NCBI GenBank assembly: GCA_963775685.1
Contig: CAVZJV010000014.1
Coordinates: forward strand, 640,001 to 704,000
Direction of reading: 5' to 3'
DNA from: Candidatus Bathyarchaeota archaeon
Lineage (GTDB): Archaea > Thermoproteota > Bathyarchaeia > Bathyarchaeales > Bathycorpusculaceae
Length of the DNA: 64,000 nucleotides
The translations under genes and the position numbers were made by a program. Positions 11,738 through 23,759 of this stretch are shown one piece after another. The notes below the pieces were generated by a model. The model had not been told where the DNA came from, ran no database searches, and was given only the letters and a program-made list of their open reading frames with translations. The first letter of the stretch is position 1, and each line of letters begins with the position of its first letter.

Positions 11738-12164
11738 AATCTAACTTCCTCTTTTTCTTTTTTGAAAAAGCTATTAGCTTAATCAAACATAATTGCGATT
11801 GTTGTCTTGTTCTGTGTTGTCTTAAAATAGCTTACTCTCTGAACTACCGGTTGTAATTTTTAATTTTAAGATAAGCGGTTAAAGGTGATTACTTTTGAAA
11901 ACAAGGATTGATATACTCCGAAAAAAGTACATTTTGGTTTCAATTCTTTTTTTCAAATATTTTAGGCTGAACTAATTCAAATTTAGCTATGTTCTTTAAC
12001 GCTCATTGACCGCCATTAATTTTTTATTGATAAAAAACTTACAATAATATTATAAACTAAACCAGTAATAAAATCTAATTGAATTGGGCAAGGGCATAAG
12101 TACGTAATTATTTAATGATTATGTTTTTTGTTCAATTTAAAAACAAAAAAAAGGAAAAGAAAAA

Positions 12165-14651
12165 ATGCTGAATTTAAAAAGTAAAACTATGGCTATTTTG
12201 ATTGCTATAATTCTAATGATAACCACCTTCTCTGTTTCAATTATGGCGGATGTACCTGTTGCAAATGCCCTAACTCATACTGAGTCCGATACAAATGCCT
12301 TCATAACTGTCAGTCCTAACCCCATCGGGGTTGGTCAGACAATGTTCATAATGTACTGGCTAATCCAGGCTAATCCGCTGTCAGCAGATAACTTGGAAAC
12401 TGTCTGGAAGGATTACACCTTGTTAATCACAAAACCCGATGGAACAACTGAAACTATAATAAAGAACGCCAATGCAGCGGCAGGCCAAGCTACAACATAC
12501 GTTCCTGACAAAATCGGCACCTACACTTTCAAATTTACTTTCCCTGGCCAGCAAGTAAATAGCTCAACAATTGATAATTATTATAGAAGCAGTAATGCCA
12601 CAACCACATGTACAGTGCAAGAAGAACCGATCGCTTCACTACCTCAAAACCCGCTTCCAAACGATTATTGGCAGCGCCCGGTAAACTGGGAAAACCAAGC
12701 ATGGAACTCAATCACAGGAAACTGGTTCGGTGACATCCATCTTTGGGAGAATTGGCAAGCACATGGAAAAACTCAAGGCCTCAATCCCGACACCGTGTCT
12801 CCTCAAAGTGCTCACGTACTATGGACGTTACCCATAGCTGACGGAGGACAAATCGGAGGATCAATGTATAGCGACAACGACAAAAGCAACTATTTCGTTG
12901 GCAAATCATACAAAGAGTATTGGACTCCACCGGTTATCATCAACGGAGTAATGTATTACAATAGTCCTCTTGGTATACCACCGCGCACAGGAGTTACCGC
13001 TGTAGACTTACGTACTGGAAAAGAAATATGGCATAACGAAGCAATTCCATCAATTTCATTTGGCACAGTCTACTCCGAGCATAACCCAAACGAAGTAGGA
13101 GGCTGGCCATACCTATGGTCAACAGGCGCGAACTATACAATGTATGATGCAAACACAGGAAGAAAAATTCTTGACGTCACCGGCATGTCAGGCACTCCAA
13201 TCATAGATGCAACAGGACAGTTACTTGTTTACAGATTGCAAGCAATTAACGTAACTCACGGGTTCTTATCTATGTGGAATGCAAGCAGAGGTACAGGAAG
13301 CACCGGAAATTCTCCTTGGGATAGTTGGAGCTATGATACACCTGCAGGAGGCGTCCTTACCTATGCAAAAGGAATTCAATGGAACGTTACAGTACCAATA
13401 TTTCCGCAGACCGGAAAAACAGTTGCTATCTGGGGCATAAATGACGGTGTAGTACTAGTAACTGGAGAGCAAGCAATCCAAGACTATCAAACAGAGGCAG
13501 GCTATAGCGCGTTAACAGGTGAACTTCTATGGAATACAAACCGATCGATAGGAATGCTCCATGAAACTTCCGCCCTTGTACCAGGACCCATTGCAAACGG
13601 AATCTATACAGAACACAACAAAGAAGTTGGCACCTATTGGGCTTTTGATATACATACAGGTAAACAACTTTGGGTAAGTGAACCAGATCCCAATGCTTGG
13701 AACATTTTTACCAGACAGGGAATTGGTGATGGTAACGTCTTTATGATGGCAGGAGTGGCTTCAGGAAGAGCATACAATGCCAGCACAGGTGCACTTGAGT
13801 GGGAGTTTTTTGCTCCACAAGCAGGGTTGGAAGCTGTCACGCCAACTTATCCTTTCGAAGGAATGTATAACTGTTTGGTCGGCGGCGGAATGACCTTCTT
13901 AGCGGTAACTGACAGCCACGGCGATCAGCTATTCAGAGGGGCAAAAATGTACGCTATCAACATGACAACCGGAGCGGAAGAATGGAGCATCGACGGATTC
14001 TACGGTGAAGCGCACGGAGGAGGACACGCAATGGCAGACGGGTACCTCGTAGCACACAACATGTATGACAATCAAGTCTATATCATCGGTAAAGGTCAAT
14101 CAGCGACTACAATCACTGCACCAACGATTGGTTCAACGCTTGGTTCTACCGTACTGTTACAGGGCACAGTTACAGATCAATCGCCAGGTCAAACATGCTT
14201 AGGAATACCCGCTGCAGGTACACCAGCAATCTCTGATGCAAGCATGAGTGAGTGGACTTCTTACCTCTATATGCAGAAGCAAAAACCCACAAACGCAACG
14301 GGGGTTCCAGTATCAATAGATGCAATCGATCCAAATGGCAACTTAATACACCTTGGCGATGTTACAAGCGATGCAAGCGGTCAATATAGTCTCGCATTAA
14401 ATACTAACACGCTTGCTGCAGGTGCAGGTACATACAAAGTTATCGTAAGCTTCGCAGGCTCCAAATCTTATTTCAGTTCATCCGCACAAACCTCTCTCTG
14501 CGTTACAGAAGCAGCGCCAACAACCGCTTCAGCACCTGTTGCAGCAGTATCCATGGCTGACCAATATTTCATCCCTGCAGTTGCGACAATCATCCTTGCA
14601 ATCGCTATAGGTTTCGCAGTAACAATACTAGTCCTTAGGAAGCGACCATAA
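12165..14651 (+). CDS. Secreted, membrane-anchored PQQ-like beta-propeller repeat protein, paralog 2 (intact, 828 aa)
   Basis: Signal peptide MLNLKSK..., PNPIGVGQ, AVDLRTGKEIW / AFDIHTGKQLW repeats, Ig-like C-terminal domain, TM + LRKRP. Confidence 0.9.
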   Translation: MLNLKSKTMAILIAIILMITTFSVSIMADVPVANALTHTESDTNAFITVSPNPIGVGQTMFIMYWLIQANPLSADNLETVWKDYTLLITKPDGTTETIIKNANAAAGQATTYVPDKIGTYTFKFTFPGQQVNSSTIDNYYRSSNATTTCTVQEEPIASLPQNPLPNDYWQRPVNWENQAWNSITGNWFGDIHLWENWQAHGKTQGLNPDTVSPQSAHVLWTLPIADGGQIGGSMYSDNDKSNYFVGKSYKEYWTPPVIINGVMYYNSPLGIPPRTGVTAVDLRTGKEIWHNEAIPSISFGTVYSEHNPNEVGGWPYLWSTGANYTMYDANTGRKILDVTGMSGTPIIDATGQLLVYRLQAINVTHGFLSMWNASRGTGSTGNSPWDSWSYDTPAGGVLTYAKGIQWNVTVPIFPQTGKTVAIWGINDGVVLVTGEQAIQDYQTEAGYSALTGELLWNTNRSIGMLHETSALVPGPIANGIYTEHNKEVGTYWAFDIHTGKQLWVSEPDPNAWNIFTRQGIGDGNVFMMAGVASGRAYNASTGALEWEFFAPQAGLEAVTPTYPFEGMYNCLVGGGMTFLAVTDSHGDQLFRGAKMYAINMTTGAEEWSIDGFYGEAHGGGHAMADGYLVAHNMYDNQVYIIGKGQSATTITAPTIGSTLGSTVLLQGTVTDQSPGQTCLGIPAAGTPAISDASMSEWTSYLYMQKQKPTNATGVPVSIDAIDPNGNLIHLGDVTSDASGQYSLALNTNTLAAGAGTYKVIVSFAGSKSYFSSSAQTSLCVTEAAPTTASAPVAAVSMADQYFIPAVATIILAIAIGFAVTILVLRKRP

Positions 14652-14820
14652 ATAAAGAAAAACATACAAACAATCATTTCCTCTTTTTTTAGTTCTAGTC
14701 GAATAATAAATCGTTTTACTAAGCGGGCGATAACTAATCTGAGGCGTATGTTTTCCTTTTCATTCTCTTTTTGGCAATAGCTTTTGCTCTACCAAGAATT
14801 CCCCTAATCTCTTCAATTTG

Positions 14821-15111
14821 TTAATCACTTATTTCGCCCAATTCCACCGAATCAGATATAGCTTTCAATTCAAGTCCCGACGGAATCAAGCTTCCTTGCT
14901 TTACGTAAGTTTCAGCAGGCTCAAGCTCTTTGTGCAAGATTCTCTTAATTCTGCCAGAGAAAACCATTTCATCAATAAGCTTCACCATGCCATCTTCAGG
15001 AACGTCCAGTCTTTGCACACCATAGTTGATTAGATCGGTTTTCTTTGTGTTCCCAAAAGTGCACAGATAGGAAATGATTTTCTGCTCCAAACTCGAAAAC
15101 GATTTTTCCAT
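14821..15111 (-). CDS. Small hypothetical protein, possibly winged helix
   Basis: MEKSFSSLEQKIISYL...KTDLINYG...LIDEMVFSGRI pattern. Confidence 0.5.
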   Translation of the reverse strand: MEKSFSSLEQKIISYLCTFGNTKKTDLINYGVQRLDVPEDGMVKLIDEMVFSGRIKRILHKELEPAETYVKQGSLIPSGLELKAISDSVELGEISD

Positions 15112-15500
15112 TTTAGCGCCCATTTTTCGTTTATCTATAAGCAAATTTAAGTCTTCATAACATGAAAATTGATTTCTTCTCTGGTAGCGAGTCAACAAAT
15201 AATATTAAAACTCCTTGGAAGTTTAACGTCACCAATCTTGCTGGTTCACACATAGTTTTCTAGAAACAAATTCACTATCCGCCCTTGATTTTGATTTAGA
15301 AAATTTTTCTCATTTTGCGTGCCACTTCTTTCTCGATTTTCACATTTGACACACTATTCGGCGGAACATACCCCGAGTGGTGATGTCTCCCGCGCAACTC
15401 TTCCCTTTTTTTCTTAAGCATTTATTTTTGCCATAAGAAAGAGGTAGCCTAACTTCCACAAAAAAATTTTGAATTTAGGAAGTTAGTATCGTAGTCCATC

Positions 15501-15629
15501 TTGGGGGCTCGTTGTCTAATTACGGACACAACTTTTGATGGATATATCACCCGCAAGACCCTATTTGTATGTACGGGTTGCATTTGCTCTTTTCTACTAT
15601 TTCGGTTCTAGAGCCCCAGCAAACCAACC
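15501..15629 (+). repeat. Structured repeat copy A (divergent 5' part)
   Basis: TTGCATTTGCTCTTTTCT core and TAGAGCCCCAGCAAACC 3' arm; TGGGGGCTC can pair with GAGCCCCA. Confidence 0.65.
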
Positions 15630-15755
15630 TGGCACTTTCTATTCAATTCTTAGCATATAAAGAAGTGATTTGTCAGAAGGAGCACTTGTTACAACATTTC
15701 TTAAACAAACCGAGAAGCAATATAGTAATTACTGAATAAAGGAGAAAACAAAAAA
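15630..15755 (+). promoter_or_regulatory. Promoter/leader of paralog 3, homologous to 19038-19162
   Basis: 26-bp identical core ACTTGTTACAACATTTCTTAAACAAA (15684-15709 = 19094-19119), then AATATAGTAATTAC and AAAGGA. Confidence 0.7.
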
Positions 15756-18384
15756 TTGCTAAATCTAAAAAACAAAAGCTTAGCTATTTTGATTGCAACA
15801 CTCTTAACAATTTCTATGGGAACTTCAATGCTTATATTACCAAATGCTAACGCACATACGCCTCCATATGAAATTCCAACATATGCCTACATCAGTGTTC
15901 AACCTAACCCCAGTTGGAGCAGGTCAGCAAGTATCCCTTAACTTCTGGATTGACAAAGTACCACCCACCGCAAACCAAGCGTGGGGAGATAGATGGGGAA
16001 ATTTCACAGTGAAAGTTACCCATCCTGATGGAACAATAGAAAATCTAGGACCTTTCACAGCTGATGCCGCTGGAGGAGCACACGCATGGTACACGCCCAG
16101 CACCGTAGGCAACTACACATTTATTTTCACTTTTGGAGGGCAAACATTGGCAGGCAACAATCTATGTCCAGGGTTCACTGCTGCTTCATATCCGAACATT
16201 GGCGATCATTATGCATCAAGCACTAGCGTACCTTATGTCTTGAACGTAGGGCAAGAGCCAACACCAATTCTACCTAACAATCCGCTTCCAACAAGCTACT
16301 GGCAACGCCCCATATTCTCAAACAACTTAGCTTGGTACCAGGTCAGCGGAAACTGGCTTGGTGGCGGCACCGGAGGAAATTCGGGATGTCAATACAATTC
16401 TACCTCAAACTATGTTCCATATTCTACAGCGCCAAATACAGCCCACATAGTTTGGACAAGGGAATACGCGCCTGGGAGGGCTCATCGGCGGCGAATTCGG
16501 CGGCAACATGGTTGACAGCATGATGATGTCAACTTCACAGTACGAGTGCAAGTTTGCGGGAGTAGTCATCAAACGGAGTACTTTACCGTACTTTGGAGCC
16601 GGGTAGTTTGAGAAACTATATGGGCTGGGAAGCAATAAACTTGCGAACTGGAGAACAAATATGGTGGCAGAATCAGTCATACACTAAATGGCTAAGGATG
16701 GGTCAAATCTTTGACTATGTGTCACCCAACCAATATGGCGGACTAGCCGACTTGTGGAGCGTTGAGGACACTGTAGCGCCAAACACTGGTCAAACATGGG
16801 GCATGTATGATGCAATGACCGGCGGCTGGATATTATCTATAGTCAATGCCACAAACCCAACCTGGGCATATGGAGAACGCGGTGAGCTACTAGGCTACTA
16901 CATCAATTCAGCCACAAAAACACTGAATATGTGGAACTCAACCAGATGCCTATTATTAGGACAAAATCCAATGCAAGTTGCCGTTTCAACTGAAGACAAC
17001 TGGCAATGGAGACCAAAAGCAGGTGCAGAAATCGACTTCAAAGTCGGAATACAATGGGCAAAACCCTTGGCAACAACCATGGTAGCCGACAACGGAACAA
17101 CAGTAGATATTTAAGATTGATGCCTGAAAAATCCGGAACTACAGCTTACCCTATGGCAATAACCAAAGTCAATAGCGTAGTAATGGTAGGTAACAGCGGA
17201 GCCGGAGGCAGATTCCAGCAACCAAGGTTCATAGTGAATGAAGCCTATGACCCGATAACAGGCGATTTGAAATGGGGTCCGACAACAATAGAATTAGATC
17301 CATGGTCTAGGATGTCAATGAGTTCTTATGGACAGGGCGTCTTCACTATATTTACTTATGAAACTCAGACAATCAGCGCCTACAGCCAAGCGACAGGACA
17401 GAAGCTATGGGGACCCGTACAGCTAACAACGCCTAATAATCCATGGGGATACTACCTTACGCAATCGATTATTGGTTATGACAAACTCTTTGTGACTGAC
17501 TTCGGAGGAAATGTCCATTGTCTCGAACTTGAAACTAGAAAATTTCTATGGAAGACCAACACTAATGATGTTGCACAAAGAGGTCCAGCAGGAGCAAATA
17601 CTCCTTATGGTATATGGACTATCGCCAACATTCTCTGCTTAGCCGACGGAAAACTTTTCACCATGGGCGGCCACCATACAGTCCACCACTTTTCAACGGC
17701 GGCGAATTAATCGCGTGGAACGCAACTACTGGAGAAAAGGTATCGAGTGATTTGCTTTTGCCATCACAAACAGCGCTAACGGTGTACTATCAGACGGCTA
17801 TCTAGTATACCAAACGCTTATGACAACCGACTTTACTGCTACGCCAAAGGTCTATCAGCCACCACCGTCTCAGCACCAGATCAGCTATCCCAGAGCGATC
17901 TTCTGTGTTGATAAAAGGCACAGTAACCGATCAGTCTCCAGGACAAACTTGCCTAGGGAGTACCTGGAAAGGGAACACCAGCAATAGCCGACGAAAGCAT
18001 GACCGAATGGATGGAATACCTCTACCCAACAACCTATGCCAACAAACGCAACTGGAGTACCAGTTAACATCGATGCCATAGATGCCAACGGCAACTACCG
18101 AAACATCGGAACTGCAACAAGCGATACAACCGGAGCATTGAGTTTAGCTGGAAACCAGATATTCCAGGAAATACACAGTGATCGCCACTTTCCCAGGAAC
18201 AGAAGCGTACTATTCATCAGCTCAGGAAACAAGCTTTGTAGTCGACCCAGTGACGCAAACAGTATCACCGCAACCAGTAGCCAAGCACCAACTACTATGT
18301 ACATAATGGGTGCAGCAATTGCAATTATCGTTGCAATCGCCGTTGTTTCGTCATAACAATACTTGTTTTAGGAAGCGACCTTAA
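15756..18384 (+). pseudogene. PQQ-like beta-propeller protein, paralog 3 (many frameshifts)
   Basis: MLNLKNK signal, NPLPTSYWQRP, AINLRTGEQIW, DQSPGQTCLG, MPTNATGVPV; ends AGG AAG CGA CCT TAA (RKRP*) at 18384. Confidence 0.85.
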
Positions 18385-18450
18385 AAATGTCATACAAAAA
18401 TCTATCTTTCCCCTTTTTTAGTCTTTTAAAAACATTGGAGAACAAGACGA

Positions 18451-18545
18451 GGGCTGAGAAGGCTCTGGAACAATTAACGAAATAGCCATAGTAAAAGAGC
18501 TTTTGCATTTGCTCTTTTCTTAAAAGCCGGAGTCACAGCAACCCC
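18451..18545 (+). repeat. Structured repeat copy B
   Basis: GGGCTGAGAAGGCTCTGG ... AAAAGAGC-TTTTGCATTT-GCTCTTTT ... CCGGAGTCACAGCAACCCC. Confidence 0.75.
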
Positions 18546-18927
18546 ATGATTCTTCAGCAAAAATGTTCCTTGAAACCGTTTTTTAAAGCATAAAAGTGTA
18601 CTGGTAGGATTTGAACCCAGGCGAAAGTGGAGATATCACCCGCAAAACCCCTTTTTTCTTTTCTATTTTGTTAGACGTATGCTTTTAAAATTTATTAACG
18701 AGCCATTTCTGCAAATTAATAAATTTTGAGCCAAGTGCGAGCTTTACTCTTTGGGTCCTTCTAAAATATCTGTTAATCGACCGCTTATCATTACCGATGG
18801 GTCAAAATTGAGTGATCGTTAGGTCGGTCTTTGTCAGTTGTACTTTATACAATATTCTGGATCTTAAGAACGATAAAAATCGTTGGAAAACAAACAAACA
18901 CACAAAAAAACCCACGAAGAAAAGATA

Positions 18928-19037
18928 GGGGCTGAATGGGCTCTGGGTTTAGTTCAAGATACCTATCCATAGTTTGTCGTGGAGAACGTTTGCATTTCGC
19001 TCTTCTCCAAAGACTCCAGAGCCTAAGCAAACCAACC
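18928..19037 (+). repeat. Structured repeat copy C
   Basis: GGGGCTGAATGGGCTCTGG ... GGAGAACG-TTTGCATTT-CGCTCTTCTCC ... CCAGAGCCTAAGCAAACC. Confidence 0.75.
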
Positions 19038-19162
19038 GATTTTTCTATCCAATTTTTTAGTATATAAGAAATGTTGATTTTGTCAGAAGAAGTACTTGTT
19101 ACAACATTTCTTAAACAAATCAAATCTAATATAGTAATTACAGATAAAAGGAAAGAACAAAA
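19038..19162 (+). promoter_or_regulatory. Promoter/leader of paralog 4
   Basis: Aligns over ~125 bp with 15630-15755; TGTT-AC-AACA dyad immediately before TATA-like TTTCTTAAAC. Confidence 0.7.
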
Positions 19163-21655
19163 ATGTTGAATCTAAAAAATAAAACTTTGACAATTTCAAT
19201 TGCTTTGCTTTTAGCATTTTCGATGATCGCTTTGCCTATCGCAGCTAACGTACCTACACATCACAAGTCAACCCACGCATATGTAAGCGCTACCCCCAAT
19301 CCAATCGGTGTCGGACAAGAAACCCTCATACACTTAGGCATCACCGACGAATTACAAGATGTTACATACGGCTGGGAAGGATTAACCGTAACAGTTACCC
19401 GACCAGACAATACAACAACAACCCTTGGTCCTTTCAGAACCGACGCTACGGGCGGAACAGGCACAATTTTCGTACCAGACCAAGTAGGCACGTACATCCT
19501 ACAGGTAAACTTCCCACCACAATGGTTCAACTGGACTACCAACGGCGGAGCCGACATCTGGTATGAAGCAAGCACAAGCGAAAAACTTGCATTAGTTGTT
19601 GACCTAACACCTGACAAATTCTACCCCGGACAACCATTACCAACAGAATATTGGACTCGACCAATCGACGATCAACTTAGGGACTGGTATCAAGTCGCTC
19701 GTGCCTGGCTAGGCTTCTTCAGCTGGCCGCACTTGGAGAGTTCGTTGAGAACAATGATACGCACTGAAACATCACACATTCTATGGGCAAAACCACAAAC
19801 AGTTGGCGGTTTAGTTGGGGACCCATACGGCACAGAAGGCTTCGAGAACGGAGACGCATATGAAGGTCTATGGGGCTACGGCTCACCAGTAATAATCGAC
19901 GGAATAATCTACTACAACAACGACAAAGACGGAGGGATTCTGGAATCGAGCACACCGTCTCAGCGATTGACCTACGCACAGGCGCAGAAATCTGGAACAG
20001 AGCACTTATCGGACCAGACAACATATCCCGATCACTTACATTCGGACAAATCTTATCCTTCAACTCATACAACTACCAAGGCGCATTCTCGTATCTCTGG
20101 GCAACAAGCGACAGCACATGGAATGCATTTGACCCCTTCTCAGGACGATTTGAATATGGCATGACTAACGTACCATCAGGCACACAAATACGCGGACCAA
20201 ACGGAGAAATACTCATCTACACAGTAGATACCACACACAACTGGATGACTCTTTGGAACTCAACCAAAGTCGTCAGCGATTCTGGCAGCTTCTTGCGCAA
20301 CGGCATGGCTTCAACCTACAAAGTAGCTTGGTCTGCTGACCGCAACGGAGGATACATGTGGAACGTAACTATACCCAATGACTTGCCCGGCGGAGCAAAC
20401 GTAGCATACTTAGACGACATAGTTGTAGGCTCAGAATTGCAATCCAGAACAGCGACAGCCAACATCTTAGGTCTCACAGGCAGCCCAATGATTCTGGGCA
20501 CTCAACGTTAAAACTGGTCAAGAAGGGCAACTACTCTACCAGAAATCATGGCAACCACCAACAGACAACCTCTCTATAACATTCGAGAAATCAAGTCTGG
20601 TCGACAACGTATTCACCATCTATAGCAAAGAACTACGCTCACACATTGCCTTTAACATGCACACAGGCGAACAAATGTGGGGGCCAACCACGCCAGATAC
20701 TATCTACAGACCTTTGGTCTTCAGAGCAACTTTGCATATGGTAAACTCTACGTAACAGGGTACGGCGGAATCGTTTACTGCTACGACGCAAAATCAGGCA
20801 ACCTTGTATGGAACTATACAGTCGTCGAACCATTTGGCGGCTCAGAAGTTCATGGAGCAACAATTGGCCAACATCAATACAGTTCATAGCAGACGGCAAA
20901 ATCTACTAGCAAACTCAGAGCACTCAGCCAACCAACCATTGCCAAGAGGCGGACCATTTTTAGCGCTCGATGCAGAAAACGGCAGTGTTGTCTTAGAATC
21001 GACGGCGCATTCCGTCAACCACGTTGGGCTGGGCAAGCCGGCATGGCAGATGGCATAATTGCTCTATTCAACACCTACGACAGCAAATCTACGGAGTCGG
21101 TAAGAGTCCAAGCCAAACAACTGTGACTGCATCACCGAAAATTTCAGAGTTCGGAAACAGCGTCTTAATTGAGGGTACAGTTCCCGAACTTCAGCAGGCA
21201 CACAGGATTCTCGTGTAACAGCACGTTTCCCCAACGGTGTAGCAGCAGTATCCGACGACAGCATGAATGACTGGATGCTATATGTCTATATGCAATTTGC
21301 ACGTCCAACAAACACAACTCGTTCCAGTAGAACTTAGCGTTATCGACACAAACGGCAACGAGCGAACAATCGGCACAACAACAAGCGACTCCAGTGGAAC
21401 ATTCAGTTATCAATGGACTCCTGACATCACAGGCAAATATACCGTTACAGCTACTTTCGCAGGCACCAACAGCTACTGGCCATCATATTCAGAAACCACC
21501 TTCGCAGTTGACCCCGCAACGTCAACACCAATCCCACTGAACCAGTTGTACAATCAGCTGATCAATACTTTATTCCTGCAGTCGCAGGCATAATCGTTGC
21601 AATCGCAATAGTTGGGGCTTTAATCGTACTCTTGATGCTTAGAAAGCGAGCATAA
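19163..21655 (+). pseudogene. PQQ-like beta-propeller protein, paralog 4 (many frameshifts)
   Basis: MLNLKNK signal, PNPIGVGQ, PLPTEYWTRP, AIDLRTGAEIW, WTPDITGKY; ends LRKRA* at 21655. Confidence 0.85.
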
Positions 21656-21709
21656 AAAGAATATGCAACCAAAAAACAACCCATCCTTTTTTAGTCAAAA
21701 AGCAATGAA

Positions 21710-21821
21710 AGAAAACTGGGCTGAGAAGGCTCTGATCAAACTAACAGTGGCCTACTCACTGTAAACGCATTTGCATTTGCGTTTCTCTCCTTGCCCCAGA
21801 GCCTCAGCAAACCAGTTTTCT
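21710..21821 (+). repeat. Structured repeat copy D (best folded)
   Basis: AGAAAACTGG-GCTGAG-AA-GGCTCTG pairs with CAGAGCC-TCAGC-AAA-CCAGTTTTCT; inner hairpins ACAGTG/CACTGT and AAACGCA/TGCGTTT. Confidence 0.8.
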
Positions 21822-21899
21822 ATTCATTATTGGCACCTTGAATATTGAGTATAAATCCTAATAAATCTCGAGCTACAGAAAGTTATTCAGGAAGTTGTT

Positions 21900-22808
21900 T
21901 TGCCTGATTTTCTTGTTGGCACGGGCGGTTGGGCTTACTTCAAAGTTCCAAACAAGCCATTTCTAAAAGCATACAGCGAACTATTCAATTTTGTAGAAGT
22001 CAACTACACTTTCTACGAGTACCCAAATGCTCATTTGGTTGAGAGATGGCGAAAAACAGTGCCTGAAAGCTTCACTTTTTCAGTTCGGTGCCACCAAGAC
22101 TTAACTCACAACAATGGGTTTTGTGCCGACGAGTCAGGCTTACGAAATATTTTATCAAATGCGAAGCTACTGTGACATCCTATGCGCGCCATATTTGGTT
22201 TTGGAAACACCCGCAAAATACGTGATAGACCAAGAGAACGCAAAGGATGCACGGGATTTTTTTCTTCCTTGAATTTTAATGGGCTAAGGCTTGTATGGGA
22301 ATACCGGGCACCTATTACTCAAAAAATCATGGACCTCATGGAGGACTTTGGCATAATTCAATGCGTTGACCTGTCGAGGCAATACCCAAGTTATGATCCA
22401 GATGTTGCGTATTCAAGGTTGTTTGGGAAGGGCAACAACATTTACCAGTTTACCGACGATGAATTGGCGGAAATTGACCAAAAAGCCCAAGAAACCAATT
22501 CTAAAACAGTAATATTGTCTTATCGCGCAAGGATGAATACTGACGCTGCTCGTTTTCTGCACTACAAGGGTACTGGCAAGTTTCTTCCAGTCACGGCTTA
22601 CACCGGTGTTGATTCTGCAAGAGCAGTCCTATCAGAAGACGCCACTTTTCCATCTACAAAAGCTGAGTTGAAAGCGGAACAGGACTGGAAAGTCATCGAC
22701 ATAACCCCGGAGAAAAGAGCGCATCTTGCTGAGGTTCTTGAAAAAATACCTGACAAAAAATATTCAAACCTAGAAGATGTCATAACAGAGTTGAGGGCGG
22801 TCTTTTGA
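21900..22808 (+). pseudogene. DUF72 family protein (frameshifted)
   Basis: VGTGGWAY, FVEVNYTFY, FTFSVRCHQDLTH, YSRLFG. Confidence 0.8.
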
Positions 22809-23627
22809 CTGAAGAGAACATCTTTCTTGGTACCTGGGGGTGGAGCTACAAGGAATGGGAGGCAACTTCTACCAAAAGAAAAATATTGAAAGCAAGCTTC
22901 GAGCTTACTCTAGGGTTTTCAAGACCGCTGAAATAGATTCAACCTTCTATCGCAACCCATCCAAGGGAACGGTCATGGGTTGGCTGAAGTATTCTCCGAG
23001 CGACTTTATTTTTTCTGCTAAACTGCCAAAAACCATAACTCATGACAAAGTGCTTGGGTTGAAAAAAGATGTTAAAGCTGATTTAGAAGTATTTTTGGAT
23101 TTGATGCGTCCCCTGCAGCTTGGAGGAAAACTCGCTTGTTTGCTTATTCAGCTGCCTCCAAAATACTCATACAACCCAAAGAACCTTGAAGCGTTCTTCC
23201 AAATACTCGACCCAACATTTAGGTATGCCGTAGAGTTCCGAAACATGACATGGCTACTCCCAGCAACTGAAACCTTCGCACTCCTGAAGCAGTACGGAGT
23301 TGCTTACACGATTGTGGATGAGCCGCTTCTGCCTCCGGAAATGCATCTGACGGCTGATTTTGCATATTTCAGATGGCATGGCAAAGGAAAAGACATCTGG
23401 TTTGATTACCGATACAGCGAAAGGAGCAGCCCTGGGTTCCAAAGGTCCAGGAAACAGCCAAAAACGTCAAAAAAGTCTATGGATACTTCAACAACCACTA
23501 TCAGGGTTACGCTCCAGAGAATTGCCTATGCTTACTTGAAAAGCTTGGACTGTTATCTGATACTCAAAAAAAGGTTAAAGAAAAGTCAAAGATTAAGCAG
23601 TCGCAACTGGGTGCCTACTTTGGTTAA
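22805..23627 (+). pseudogene. Second DUF72 family protein (frameshifted)
   Basis: LGTxGWSYKEW, AEIDSTFY, AKLPKTITH, QLPP, AVEFRN, YFRWHG, YGYFNNHY. Confidence 0.85.
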
Positions 23628-23759
23628 GACTTAACTGCACAGCTTAATCAAAACCAACTGCGTAAGTGAAAACACTTTAACCCAACTCTCCAGTATACTT
23701 GCAAGCAGTTTCAACGTCACAGTTTTTAAAGTCACTCAGCAAATAATTGTTCGAGCTCT

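Noticed and set aside
18601-18622. tRNA gene (T-loop GGTTCAAATCC on the minus strand; similar at 44643)
   Set aside because: No cloverleaf around it; kept only as a dispersed motif.
9329-21655. Diversity-generating retroelement acting on the propeller genes
   Set aside because: No reverse transcriptase and no TR/VR pair differing at adenines.
15501-21821. Structured repeat as a TPP, c-di-GMP or c-di-AMP riboswitch, or as canonical attC
   Set aside because: GCTGAGA resembles TPP but the CCTGA/AGCGT core is missing. The cyclic-dinucleotide consensus blocks are absent. AAC/GTT ends occur only in copy D.
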